DNA from: Chiloscyllium plagiosum
Taxonomy: Eukaryota
DNA: 64,000 nt
Assembly: GCF_004010195.1 (NCBI RefSeq)
Contig: NC_057718.1
Location: 80,238,116 to 80,302,115, forward strand
Direction of reading: 5' to 3'
Shown: in pieces, positions 12,785 through 25,412 of the stretch
How positions within the stretch are numbered: the first letter of the stretch is position 1
Layout: the number at the start of each line of letters is the position of its first letter
Position numbers and translations under genes: made by a program
Notes under the pieces: model-generated
The model's database searches: none
The model's input: only the letters and a program-made list of their open reading frames with translations
Told to the model about the DNA's origin: nothing

Positions 12785-14299
12785 CTGAAAACAAAATGGC
12801 TTTCTTAAAGCTGTGGATGTCAACCCTAATTCTGAATAAAAATCCTTTTGGAGTTTATACCTGAAGCCTAATGCAGTTGTTTACTCTTTTCACTTGTAAA
12901 ACTCACTCGATAAAAACAACTACGTTTCAGGAAGTATCTGTCATATGGGTTTTAAGAGAAATCACAAAGGCTACAGGAATACTTAAAAGTTAATCATTGA
13001 ACCTCTTCATCGGCACAAATCAAACATATATGGCATGAGGTCAAACCCAAAATATCCAACATAAATAATATTAAGATATATTTAAATCACACACCTTTAT
13101 ATCACATTAAATGAGTTGCTCCCTAATGAATTAAGTAAGTTGAATTTTGCGCTATGGAGGGATCTCTGCCTTGAGCATAAAAGTCAGGGCTGAGCCTGAC
13201 TGGCCTGGTCCATAACAAGTGTCAGGCTGTTGAGCCATTGGTTGGTTTAGGGGAAGCCTTGTGCCTTCATTAGGGAGGCACTTTCAATTCCGAGAGCTAC
13301 AAACCATTCAAAAAATCAGCAGAGCTCTTATCCATGCAGCACCACTGAAAGCAGGAGCCAATCCCCAAAAGGAGGCATACAGTGAGTAGAAGGCTCAGAG
13401 ACCACGAAGGGTGAGGAGGGTGGGTAATAGCAATTGAGGGAAGGCTTTGCATGTCATACTAATAAAAGTTGAGCATAAACGTTGATGGAAAATGGCTGAG
13501 ATAGTGTGTGCATGATATAGCAGAGAGAAGATGGTGGTGTTTACCCTGGCTGACGAGAGAAGGTCATTGACCTCCTTCCTTCACTGCTGGGCATTCCTCA
13601 AAATGGCGAGACTGCAATAACTTGCAGTCACAGGCCAAGCTGGCAGGGTCTGATGCTGGTCTTAGGGGAAAAGGATGTCCCTACTTTGCATGCCAAGCAG
13701 GTACCAATCTCCTACCATCTGCCATGTCTGAAAGAAATGTCATGAAGCATGGAGGTCAACTCCAGACTGAGTCTATTCTGGGAATATTCTTGCAGTGGTA
13801 TGTTCTTCTGGTAGAATTAGGCTAGCATTAGATGTGTAGGGTTCTTTAGGGACAGGGTACTTAATAAGGCAAGTTTGGGATGATAACAAAGAAAACTTGC
13901 TCAGCCTCACTGAGAGAAATCCTACATGAACCCCAACAAAATTAACACTACAAAAAAGTTCAGTCCACTCATTCAGGTCTAATTGGTTTCTACTGATTTT
14001 AAGGTTTCTAGAGTTGTTTATAGGCGGTGAGGTCACCAAAGAAATGGTGGTGTGTGTTGAATGCCTTAGTTCTCACTTCCAGGATTCTGGTCAGACTACT
14101 TATTTAAAGCCATGGGTACTGTTGTTACCATCTCCACTTGCTTGTAACATGAATGTCAATGCAACAAATAAGACAAGCTACTTCCAATGTGGAGTTGAGG
14201 ACATGGAGAGGGAGTAAAACTCTCAGCAGGAGTTCTCATCCACCCAGTCTTTAATAAGCATTTCACTTACCTGGAGTTAAACCAGAACTAGTGTGTCCT

Positions 14300-15012
14300 A
14301 TGTCTGTGCTTTATGAAGAAGCTTGCAGAGAAACAACCATAGAGCAGGGCAAGGTTACCATTGCCAATGGCTGTAAAAGGGAACGTATCCATGAATTTCT
14401 TTGCAATAAGATCCTTTCAGACTGGAGCAAACAATATTTCTAACATTTTCCAATGCTGCATGATGGAAATGACCAATGATTTATCTGCTGAGTGAAGGGA
14501 AGTACTTTGTGCTTTCTCTAATGAGAGAGAGTAGGCAAAGAATGCACATAACATTGCCAAAGTAGCAATTCTCCTCATGATGCAAGATGTCATGTTACTT
14601 TGCACCGCATCAAAATTCAGAGAGTTACTGCAATTGTAAATCCACTCCATCAATGTGCATTTGGTGTCCAATTATGTTGGTGAATGCCCAGTATTTTTAC
14701 AGCAATCATGATGCATTTATGAAGCTCGACTAAACTGTCCCCTTAGTGTTTGAACCAACATATCAAACCAGAAAGTGGTTGTTACTAATATCCTCCTGGC
14801 TTTTAACACTGATCTCTTTACTCTGGTGGAGAATCCAACTTTACATGGACTACATATATATATAACATGAGCAATGCCTCTGCACAACTTCATTGAGCCG
14901 ACCACTGGGTGCACAAATAACTTTTCTCTGTCTGGTCCTTTCATGAGGACCCTTTTCGATTTAACAGAGAATGCTTCACAATTCAGCATGGTCTGCTGTC
15001 CAGATAACTCCA
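14300..15012 (+). mobile_element. Harbinger/PIF transposase fossil
   Basis: Disrupted frames MNFFAIRSFQTGANNISNI, HSINVHLV, HDAF, HNFIEPTTG, VCC, collinear with HARBI1-like DDE transposases. Confidence 0.75.
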
Positions 15013-15224
15013 ACAGGTCAGGCAGCATCCAGGGAACAGGAGAATCGACGTTTCGGGCATAAGCCCTTCTTCAGCTTCTTCAGGAAGCCCTTCTTCATTC
15101 CTGAAGAAGGGCTTATGCCCGAAACGTCGATTCTCCTGTGCCTGGATGCTGCCTGACCTGCTGCGCTTTTCCAGCAACACATTTTCAACTCTGATCTCCA
15201 GCATCTGCAGACCTCACTTTCTCC
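15013..15224. mobile_element. Short palindromic Penelope-derived insert with hammerhead-like cores
   Basis: Exact 14-bp TSD TCCAGATAACTCCA (14999-15012, 15225-15238); inverted arms; CTGAAGA-stem-GAAAC at 15101-15125. Confidence 0.85.
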
Positions 15225-15506
15225 TCCAGATAACTCCACCATCATAAGTGCGCAGACATTGTTTTCATGAAAGGAGGTAGATGTAGCTCTTGTGGCTCAA
15301 GGAACATGGTGGAAGGGCAGATTTAGGTATTGAGCCCAGTGATCAACCATAGTCATATTAAATAACAGAGCAGGTTTGAGGAGTCAAATGCCCTACTACT
15401 GCTCTTATGTTTCTATTGTCACAAAGGCTAACATAAGCTGAGCTGACAAGAATGAGAGAGAACAGAAGGGAGAGGATGAACAGAAAAAAGAGAAGAAAAC
15501 TTTGAG

Positions 15507-15865
15507 ATGGCATAGTGGCTCAGTGATTAGCACTGCTGCCTTGCAGTGTCAGGGACCTGGGTTAAATTCCACCCTGGGGGTGACTCTCTGTGTGGAGTTT
15601 GCACATTCTCCCTGTGTTTGCAAGGATTTTCTCCAGATGCTCTGGTTTCCTCCCACAGTCTAAAGATGTGCAGGCTAGGTGGATTGGCTATGCTAAACAG
15701 CCCATGGTGTCCAGAAATGTGCAGGTTAGTTGGTTTAACCATGCAGAATGCAGAGTTACAGGGATAGGTTAGGGAGTGGGTCTGGGGGGGATGCTCTTAG
15801 GACGGTTACTGTGAACTTGATGGACAGAATGGCCCGTTTCCACACTGTAGCAAATTCTATGATTC
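15507..15865 (+). mobile_element. tRNA-derived SINE (HE1/V-SINE type)
   Basis: A/B-box head, core tgtgtggagtttgcacattctc, LINE-like tail. Confidence 0.9.
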
Positions 15866-15978
15866 TACGAACTATTATGTCCCTTTTCAAGCTAACTGTT
15901 CATGATTATCTCACCTGACTGCAGTACTGCTGAATAAAAAATGCTACATTCCCTTTCTACAACAGTCACACAGCTTAC

Positions 15979-16023
15979 CTGCACTCTGTCAAAAACCATC
16001 ACATTGTAATCCTGTTCAGAATT
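15979..16023 (-). pseudogene. DNHD1-like 45-nt exon
   Basis: TTTTGTTCCAG|NSEQDYNVMVFDRVQ|GTAAGC; in phase with next exon. Confidence 0.65.
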
Positions 16024-17509
16024 CTGGAACAAAATAATTATTTTAAACTTTTTTTTTCAAACACATCATCTAAAATCCCTACAAAATCAATTAGTCAAGC
16101 CTGTGCCTTTCTTTAATGCCTCCACTCTGGGTAATTCTACACAGTAATTGCAGCATGGCTGGCAGAAAGCACTTGACTTTCAATGCTAGAGACTGCAGAT
16201 GGTATTATAGGCACCCTGCAGCAGGCATCCTGCCCTTAAATGGCCCAGTGAGAAATCTTACTATGTGTGGTAGCAGTGTATGCAGGCTTGTAGTCAAGCA
16301 TCAGCAATGATGGCTGCAGAGTGGCAGTGATGGAAGAACAAATATTCCCAGCCTGAGACAGCACAGCTAGATGGTGTTCCATGAAGTCAGTGACACTCTT
16401 CTGCAAAGTAATCCTGGGAAGCGGTCACAGGACAGAACACTGAACTGGCTGAAAAACCTTCCAAGTTCAATTATCTTCAACAATTCAAATCTACCTCTGG
16501 CCATGGCCTCAGTCATGGCTGCTATAATACTGAACAGAGCCATCTCTTCAGCTGAGGTCAGGATATGTGGCTGTATCTATCCCCATAAGTTAGATCTTGT
16601 TTGGAAAGAGAGAGAAAAGCCGATCAGTACATGTGGCACTTTTACTTGTAAGGATAGAAGGATGCAGTGAGACAATAAATATGACGAACCAGTTGAGTTT
16701 AAGAGAGAATTAGTATTTGAATGACAAGTGGTTGGTAAATTGATGAATGTTTCAGCCTAATGGTTCATTTGTAAGGATATGGAATCTGAAGGTAAATTCC
16801 CTGACCTTAACTAATCGTGCAAGGTCATTTAACTCTTTCCTGCACTATGTCCAGATCCTCAGGGATAGACAACTTGCAGTGACAACAATGCCTATCTGCT
16901 CACACTGTCTTATAAAATTCTGTGAGTAGAGGACTACTCCCCAGTTAACGAGTTCATCTATGCAGACCTCTGGTATTGCATCAGAACTTTGAAGCATGGT
17001 CTCTACTCAGTCACATATTTTCACTCTTGTTCTGATTAAGACTGATCAGTTCCAAAAACATCTAAAGCCAGAATATACTTCCACTTAAAGAGATGCAGGC
17101 TAGTTTTAAGCAGGAATTTCTAGTTTAAAATGGTGACAATCTTGTATGAATTTGAGCCTGGCTGAGGCAAGGAGATACTCAGCAGCATGTTTAGCACAGG
17201 GCTGCATGCCATCAATTGTGTGCTACCTGTATCACAACAAACAGACATGAATTAATTGTGTGCCATGTACCCACATCTATTTCTTTGGACACAATGCAAT
17301 TTTTCTCTCAAGCGCTATATATGTAATTTCTCTCTCACGGTCCATATAAAGAGGGATTTTAATTGATTTCCCATGTTTTATTTCTAGAATGGTTTCCTAC
17401 AGCAATGCACACAAATATGGATTGGGTCCAGCTATGATGTATCCCATACTCAAAATGCTGCTGGCAATTATTGACAGGTTCACATAAAATCACTTAATTT
17501 TACAGGCTG

Positions 17510-17680
17510 AAACAGATTCTTCAAGTCTAACTCATCCATGCTGACCACATATCCTAAACTGATCTAGGCCCATTTTCCAGCATTTGGCCCATAACCCTCT
17601 AAACCCTTTGTATTCATGTACCCATCGATAAGCCTTTTAAATGTTGTAATTTATCTGCCTCCAGCACTTCCTCTTATGAT
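17510..17680 (-). mobile_element. CR1 3' fragment
   Basis: Similar to 7150-7330. Confidence 0.75.
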
Positions 17681-18455
17681 TTAAAAAAGAAGGCACTTCA
17701 TTTGCAGCCAAGATGTGGAGAAGGTTCTTCCATGCATCTTCAGAACCCTCCAGGGCCATGGGTGCCCAATCCCTGAGCACATCTCAAGTAGAAGTCATCC
17801 AAATCCCAACCCTCAATGGTACATATGGCCAAGGGGACTGCATCGGCAAAAGACACTGAGCCTATCAAACAGCCATCCCTGTAATAAATAGTGGAACACG
17901 CCTGTTTGGGCAAAATGGCTACTCCTACTCCCATGCACATCTTCAATCCCTCCAAATTTAGATGGAGCTAACAGATGGAGACAGAGGGCAACAGCCATGA
18001 TCAGCATCACTGTGCCTGGATCCATGCACTCCACCTCTGTAGGACACAAAAACGTATGGGGTTTTTGTACAAGTTAAAAAACAGAAATCTGCATTGCTTT
18101 TTGACTTCTAGGAAAGCATGCTAATTAAACTGTAGTGTAGTGATTTTACACTACTGTTTCTGTACATGCAGGGTGTGGGAAATGACAGTGCTGCTCAGCA
18201 GACAATCACCATCTGTTAGGCTAAGTGATATGCTTACTCTATACATATTTCAGGAGGATTCCAGGAATTTTGATTGCTTAATTAGTGTAGGTGCCAATTT
18301 AGTTGTGGATCAATGTTCAGTGCTAAATTATCCGAAGCTGCCAGAACTCAGTGACCCCTCTAATAACAGCGATCTGTGATAGGTAATCTTCATTATCCAT
18401 CTCTCACCTCCAGTCTCCAGAGATGAAAAGCAGCATTTTCAACAAAGGGACATAC

Positions 18456-18534
18456 CTTCAAACAACTTTTAGAATTTCCAATTCCCATTTTACTGCAAAA
18501 TTCATAAGAATATTATCAATCCATTAAAAAAATA
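18456..18534 (-). pseudogene. DNHD1-like 79-nt exon
   Basis: Strong TTGTGTTGCAG| and AAG|GTATGT sites; stops in all three frames; best frame FF*WIDNILMNFAVKWELEILKVV*. Confidence 0.6.
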
Positions 18535-19379
18535 CTGCAACACAAGACAAAAAATGATTAACAGATCACTTTTGCCTATGGATTGCATGTACTTAAGAGA
18601 CTGTCTCCCTCAAAAATGTGTTTAACATTTCTCTTTTTCCCCTTCTTTACTTGCAAAACACAATTCATGGTGCTGCAGTGCATCCTTATTTATGTCATTT
18701 GCGCGTGATACAAGCAAAATAAAAGTGATTGCGTTTTCCCTTTTCTAAATAAAAGAATTTATGAATAATTCTTCATGAAACCCCTTAAATTCGACATCTA
18801 AAAATATATATTGTCAACCTTAATATTCTGTTAACACCATACCATATGAGTTTCTCTATTAAAAATGACCCAAGTTTAATAACTGGAAAAAAATAGGAAA
18901 AAAAGCAGGGTAAATCATCAAATTAAAGATTTGGCTTGTCATATAATCAGTGAAAGATCAAGTGTTCTCTGGCAGTCATTTGAACACAAGTACCTTCTTT
19001 GTTTACAGCTTTAAGATGACTCCCATTATCTCTTAGTCCAAAATAGTAAGCACTAATTATAATGGAGCTTGATCATATGCACTAGGTATTGTAGAAGCCC
19101 TATTTTCTAAATGCCTTGAGCAGTAACAAGAGGTTTGTTTATGCAAATACAGGAAAATATGATCTGAGATTTGATTTCAGATAGTTACCCAAATGTAAAC
19201 TCATTACTACTAACTGGTAACTTTGTAAGTGACCCGTTTTATACTGGAATATTGAGCAGTGCTCCCTCTACCTGTATCCTGATCAACATATAAAGATGTT
19301 CATATGACTAAAACATCTGATTTAAATTAGTGGAGAAATATCCAGGAACACACTGAACAGTAATGCTTTCATAATATAT

Positions 19380-19718
19380 AGTGGTTAGCACTGCTGCCTC
19401 TCAGCATCAGGATCCAGGTTCGATTCCAGTCTCAGGCAACCGTCTTTGTGGAGTTTGCACATTCTCCCAGTGTGTGCATGGGTGTTCTCCTGATGCTCCG
19501 GTTTAAATCCAGTCTACAGATGTGCAGGTTAGGTAGATTAGCCATGCTAAATTGTCCATAGTCGAGGAGTGTGCATTCTAGCTGGATAGCCATTGGAAAA
19601 CGCAGGGTAACATAGGTAGAGTGGCAGGGGGAAAATCGGGGTGGTACTGGATGGGATGTTGGGATGCTCTTCGGAGGGTTGGTGCAGACTCCATGGCCCG
19701 TGGCCTGCTTTCATACTA
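19380..19718 (+). mobile_element. HE1/V-SINE-type SINE, tail interrupted by a MITE
   Basis: Same core as 15507 and 20123; tail resumes at about 20085. Confidence 0.88.
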
Positions 19719-20082
19719 CAGAACAACCACAGTTATCCGAACGTCAATTATCCGAATTTCGGATGATCTGAACAAGATCTCAAGGTCCTGTAAAAACAGG
19801 ATTAGGCAACACAGCTTTCAATTGTCAGTTAAATGGCAATATGGCGTGCATTGTCTGATAACCAAGGCATGTTCGATAACTGGCACTCAAATTACTCCTT
19901 GTTTATAGTCAAATTGGTAATCGGTTAAATGGCATTATGGTGTGCCTTGCTGGATAACGGAGGCATGTTCGGATAACCAGCACTCATAAATTACTTCGCT
20001 TACGATCAGATCAATTATCTGAACAATCAGTTATCCAAACAAAACACTCATCTGTCTTGTTCAGTTAATCAAATTTGTTCTA
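19719..20082. mobile_element. Tc1/mariner (Tigger/pogo-like) MITE
   Basis: TA-flanked imperfect TIRs cagaacaaccacagttatccgaac / gttcagttaatcaaatttgttcta; repeated TTATCCGA motifs. Confidence 0.75.
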
Positions 20083-20122
20083 TATAGGGATTTCTGATTC
20101 TAGTTGAGTATATGCTAACACT

Positions 20123-20450
20123 GGGCGGCACGGTGGCACAGTAGTTAGCACTGCAGCGCCAGAGACCCGGGTTCAATTCCCGTCTCAGGCAACTGTCTGT
20201 GTGGAGTTTGCACATTCTCCCAGTGTCTGCGCGGGTTTCCTCCGGGTGCTCCGGTTTCCTCCCACAGTCCAAAAATGTGCAGGTTAGGTGAATTGGCTAT
20301 GCTGAATTGGCCATGCTAAATTGCCCATAGTGTTAGGTGAAGGGGTAAATGGAGGGGAATGGGTCTGGGTGGGTTGCTCTTCGGAGGGTCGGTGTGGACT
20401 TGTTGGACCACAGGGCCTGTTTCCACACTAAGTAATCGGAATCTGAATCT
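20123..20450 (+). mobile_element. HE1/V-SINE-type SINE, CpG-rich and relatively young
   Basis: gggcggcacggtggcacagt head, B box gggttcaattccc, core, aatct repeat tail. Confidence 0.93.
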
Positions 20451-20487
20451 AACAATATAACTACTCAAAGAACAATGCTGTAAATAC

Positions 20488-20960
20488 TTTAAGGAGAATG
20501 TGATTCACTGAATTCTGTTTTTTTTATTATTCATAATTTTTATATTATTTTTTGATCCATGATGTTCAATGTTTCAAGCAAATTTTGTCTGAAAGTCACT
20601 GTCTGTGCTCTTCATGTCCTTGAAACACATTGACGTTCACGGAAAAAAATAATTATTTTGATATCACGACTTAAGCTTCAGAAATAATAATGTTGAGTTG
20701 ATTAAAATAATGTTCCGTGTTTGGTATAATATCAAATTACCCTTTCTGTACTGAAAGGAATACTGACAGTAAGCATATCAGGTGATCATAATTAATTTGA
20801 ACAGGACAAAACATGGTCTATTAGTCATTTCAGCATTGGGGTACTTTGCATGCATTTTAATCAGGATTGAACAAAAATCTTTGATTACAGCCATAAAATA
20901 CTTGAAACAAGGAACATTCTGACTTATTGAAATAAAATTTACAGATGTAAAATAAATAGA
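20488..20960 (-). pseudogene. DNHD1-like exon remnant
   Basis: ATACAG|SIYFTSVNFISISQNVPCFKYFMAVIKDFCSIL..., later YFFP*TSMCFKDMKSTDSDFQ...KTEFSESHS; could be two exons (alternative donor at 20741). Confidence 0.5.
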
Positions 20961-21081
20961 CTGTATTAATATTGTTGTCCTTGTACCATAAAACAAACAT
21001 TTCCAGAATTTTTTTTACAATTACCCCTGTAATTGGATTGATTGCAGCCCCCAGAGTTTAAAATCACGATTTATAAATGAC

Positions 21082-21242
21082 CTTTAAAGATCCACAAAAT
21101 TCACTAATCCTTCTAAATTGTAATGATAATTTTCTTTGACTATTCTCTGCAAGCTAAATGTTTATAGATTGAATAGACTGAAATCATAAATTGATCTTTA
21201 ACCCATTCCTCTGATCAAATCAACCATCGTTGATCTGCGACA
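21082..21242 (-). pseudogene. DNHD1-like exon remnant
   Basis: TTTTAG|...AAAG|GT; fragments QRWLI*SEEWVKD and LQRIVKENY; heavily disrupted. Confidence 0.35.
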
Positions 21243-21699
21243 CTAAAAGTGAAAACTCTTCTGCTATATTATGTTTGAGTTCTTTACAATTTCAAAATGA
21301 GTTATATGATATTTCCACACTTGTGAGACCCACAGGTCGAGCAAGCATGTTAAATAGCAGTTTTCCATCTGCAATTTTCAGCCCATGTTATTCTTCCCCG
21401 AACCAAAATTCACATTTGATCAACAAATATCTTTGTTTTCTCATGGCATTCACACTTTCCAAATCAAATTGCATTACACAAGTGTGTTCTGTGAATTATC
21501 ATTTTCTTACACAATTATACACCACTGATACAAATTGCCATGTTGTTAAACAGAAGACATTTTAAGACATTCAGAGGGAAGTAAGGAGAATTTTAAAAAA
21601 TATATCAATATAAAACCTGTTAAATATAAAACTAAAATTTCCTTTTGAGAGTTAATATTGAATTTGCATTTCAGAAACAGCATCCCTGATCATCATAAC

Positions 21700-21906
21700 C
21701 CACTATGGAAAAATGTCTTCTAATGTTAGGCTAAATTTTGCAGTCGGCGGATAAGCACTGATGCTTGCTGTTGCATTCAAGCAAAGATGTCCACAAAGAT
21801 CGAGTGATTTCTGTGTTGTGGAGTATCCTGTCTGACATCAGTTTGAATCTGACACAAGGCATCCAAGAGCAGTAATGTAATTAAGCAGGATGAGTAGCAA
21901 ATCACA
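21700..21906 (-). pseudogene. DNHD1-like exon remnant
   Basis: Pyrimidine tract plus TTCAG|; LLLLDALCQIQTDVRQDTPQHRNHSIFVDIFA*MQQQASVLIRRLQ; 3' end uncertain. Confidence 0.5.
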
Positions 21907-22195
21907 CTGAAGCAAATAAAACTACACAATCCCTTCACTTGTAATTTTTCGATTTTACGGACCACAAGGTAAGTGATTGAGATATGTACACAGGATTAAG
22001 TTAGAATCAAAGTCATAAGTAAACTAAAATATGTATGTTTTAAAATTTGTGGAATTTATTTTTGTAAAGGAGAAAACTCGAAATTCAACAAATATAAGAT
22101 TATTCTTTCAGAGCTAGTGAAACTGTTTAGTAATAATAATGAACAAAGTATGCCATTAAAATCAAGTTACACCTCATTCAACAATTTCAAGTAAC

Positions 22196-22344
22196 CTTTT
22201 TAAAGGCTTCTCCAGAGGCACTAAGAATGTAGGAGCGACGTCCTCAAGAGTTGAATTTCTAATTCATTTTATTTCAGCAGCTCCTCAATAGTGCCTTCTC
22301 TGGAGAAATATGGAATCATTGGCAGCTCCTTATGTATTTCTGCA
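22196..22344 (-). pseudogene. DNHD1-like exon remnant
   Basis: AEIHKELPMIPYFSREGTIEELLK*NELEIQLLRTSLLHS*; AG and GT ends. Confidence 0.45.
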
Positions 22345-22599
22345 CTTAAATGAGCAAGTGTGAACTCTATAAACTACTGTCAGTTTTGGTGAAATAATGA
22401 TAGTGAACATGAACAGTTTTGCCATCGATATCACTAATATCTGGGCAGTTGACATTAAAAACTATTTCATTCAAAGCATCCTCAAATATCATACATGAGC
22501 TTTTCTTGAATTGGAGTCAAAGTGGAGGACTGATAGGGTAGTATATCCAGATCTGACAGAATGCACTTGCCTTTGTTTTACCTCCTCGAGAGTACGTAC

Positions 22600-22988
22600 C
22601 TAGTCTTGGGATTTTACTATAGGTACAAGCCTGAGCATTGTGTCTACAAATGTGGAGTAACTGGAGCATTGCAATTGAGTTGTCAAGATTTAGGATCTTC
22701 TGACTGCTGCTTCAAGTAATATCCAGAAAACCACCAATTGCGTAACATGTAAATTATTTTCAGCATTGACCTGGAGTTTCTTCAATTTATTCATCTATGA
22801 TTCTTGCTGATCTCCCATTTATGCCAGTCTGAAGATATCTTAGCATTGCCAACTGTGCTTTGACAAATTTGAAGAAACTTGATCTCACTTGTCTTTCAAC
22901 CACCATACTCCCACTATTGGACATCCAACTCAGGCACCTTTCCGATGTCTGCCTTCAAAAGTCAAATGGAAAACTTTTTGTTGTCCAC
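22600..22988 (-). pseudogene. DNHD1-like exon remnant
   Basis: AAACAG| phase-compatible with preceding exon; ERQVRSSFFKFVKAQLAMLRYL...LTTQLQCSSYSTFVDTMLRL; donor AG|GTACGT; stops and frameshifts. Confidence 0.45.
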
Positions 22989-23269
22989 CTGTTTGATTCT
23001 TGACTGTTAGCAAAGCAGGTATTTTACCAATCTCAACTATGTTAATAAATATCAACAAAAGTGTTCAAGAAATGTGTTTGAACTTACTTTATTTAAGTGC
23101 CACTATAACTTCTCCCATAAGTTGATTGCAGCAGTGTTTATAATCTCAACCTTGAAGAATTGGCAACCCTCATGCAATCCTTGGCACCAGGCACCCAGTG
23201 CTCGGTAGTTTGAATTGCAAATACCCATGGAAAAATCTCTTGAAATAACTGCAATCTGGATTTAGATTA

Positions 23270-23945
23270 ATGCCTTTAACATCGTAAATCATCCCAAAGA
23301 ACTTCACAAAGCTATTAATAGACAAAATTTTGACGCTGATCCACATAACAAGGTACAATGGCAGATCACACGTTTGGTCAGAGTGTTAAGTAAGATCTTA
23401 AAGGAGAAACGAGAGGAAGATAGTCAGAGTTATTTGGGGAAGCAATTTAAAAGATTAAGGCCATGGCAGTAGTAGGCATGGCTCCTAATAGTGTAGCAAT
23501 TAGAGTAAGAGATGCTCAAGAGACTTACAATAATACAGAAATCATAGTGATTTGTACAAATGTAAGATATAATAAAGATGAGTGGGATGAGGACCTAGAG
23601 AGACTTGAAAACAAGGATGAGAATTTTGAATCAAGGTTCTAGTTAGATGGGAGCTAATGTTTGTCAATGAGCTGATGGTGAACAGGACTTGGTGTTATTT
23701 AGGACAGGAGGAGCAGAACTTTAGTTGATATAGCATTCACTGAGAACAGAACGTGAGAAACTGGTCAACAGTGCTTTGGAATTGTAATGTCTAGAATATC
23801 AAAAGCATGAATGAGCATTTCAGCAACAGATCAGCTAAGGTAGAATAGAGTCAGTACATTATCATGTAGGTGGATATCGGTGGTCTTAGTGTTGACATGA
23901 TATTTGATTAGAAACTCAAGACAGGGCGAAATGTAATGCACGGTT
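23270..23945 (-). mobile_element. Old L2-type LINE 3' fragment
   Basis: Resembles shark L2 3' ends as recalled; highly degraded. Confidence 0.55.
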
Positions 23946-24251
23946 AGGAATTCAGATTCTGCAGGCACTGAGCAGACAGAAATCTACTCTAATATAACCT
24001 GAAAGTTCTTTGAGTTATCTTTTTGCTTCATCCTATTATAATTCAATAATCAAAAAAACCATTACAGTTGAGTAATTAGCCAAGCTTTGTTTTTATATAA
24101 CACAGCTATTGAACTCAAGCTACATTGCAAACCAAGGACTAATTGACACTCAGGCTGACATCTGCAGTGACCTTGCCAACAAATCAAAAGATAGATGTTG
24201 TCATAGACATGAGTATGTCAGCTCGAGGGATTAAACACATGAGAAAAATAC

Positions 24252-24720
24252 CATTTCTGTGCAATAGCTTCACCAGAAACGACAATCACTCTTTCCAAAT
24301 GGTCCTTCACATCAATTTCACAAAATGTGAACTCACCCAACCAGAGACCTGGGCTTGTTCCAAGTGAACTGTTAAAATCTACAAAGGTTTCTGGTTGGTC
24401 AGGTTTAAATTTACAAACTTCAAACAAGGTCATTTTCAAAAAGGACACTGCTGCTTCTAAGTTACGATTATCACTGGTTTCTTTCAAGGATAAAAAACCT
24501 CGATCTCTAATCAAGCTGACATTTTTAGTCTGGTTTCATCAGAATTTAGTTTTGATTTGGGAAGCAGGAAAAACAACTCCCAATTATTATTCATTCTTTG
24601 TGCACCTGCAGCTGCATCTGCACATTGTCATACTGCCACAAGAATTAAAAGGGAAATGGATTTCTTAGAAGTCTATCTTGGAGATACAGAGGAATCTTCT
24701 CTTAGCCAGCATTGCAAACC
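24252..24720 (-). pseudogene. DNHD1-like exon remnant
   Basis: TCACAG|GLQCWLRED...GAQRMNNNWELFFLLP, frameshift, then LWLGEFTFCEIDVKDHLERVIVVSGEAIAQK|GTATTT; several stops. Confidence 0.6.
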
Positions 24721-25061
24721 CTGTGACAATACATTCTAAATCTATTATGATCCCTTGCGCGCAAAGTGTATGGACTAACCTAGCCTTAACACAACCAAGA
24801 TTAGACTGGTGCTGGAAAAGCACAGCAGATCAGGCAACATCTGAGGAGCAGGAAAACAGATGTTTTGGTCAAAGGCCCTTCATCAGGAATAAGGCAGGGA
24901 GCCTCCAGGGTGGCTAACCTGCCTAACACTGCATACTCCTGCTTCCCTCAAACAAGTCCATATGCATGCTATCCTGAAAGCCATTTCCCTGAACTTGGAT
25001 GCTCACATATCACACTGATACAGACTGTGTCTTGTTGAGAATGTTGTGAGGCAGATGTAGG

Positions 25062-25412
25062 TGGGATATAACTCCACTGAGGCTGCTATCCTGTCACCAA
25101 GTCACCCTTTATTTATACATGGAGAGTTTTTAACATTGTAAAAACAATGACTGCAGATGCTGGAAACCAGATTCTGGATTAGTGGTGCTGGAAGAGCACA
25201 GCAGTTCAGGCAGCATCCAAGGAGCTTCGAAATCTTTATTCCTTTTTAACATTAGTCCAGTTCCCTCAGAGCCAGTTCTCAAGAGTGAACAGAATCTATG
25301 ACACTCCTGTTTATAATCGGTCAGCCACAGCTCCCTGGGCTATTAATCTGATCCAATCAGGGAACTCATCTTCTATGAGGTCCACCTGTCTGACCTCATT
25401 ACAATCACTACA
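25062..25412 (-). mobile_element. Short solo LTR with a nested Penelope-derived insert (25138-25242)
   Basis: TG...CA, 5-bp TSD GTAGG/GCAGG; reverse-complement similar to LTR at 31840; nested insert has 11-bp TSD TTTTTAACATT. Confidence 0.75.

Noticed and set aside
12521..12823. ORF as the terminal exon of an intact gene
   Set aside because: Protein-like sequence continues in another frame to a donor at 12421 and further collinear exons follow, so the stop looks like a frameshift consequence.
14271..15028. Strong minus-strand donor at 14271 and minus ORFs 14417-14671 and 14717-15028
   Set aside because: Stops in all frames next to the donor; region is explained by a plus-strand Harbinger fossil.
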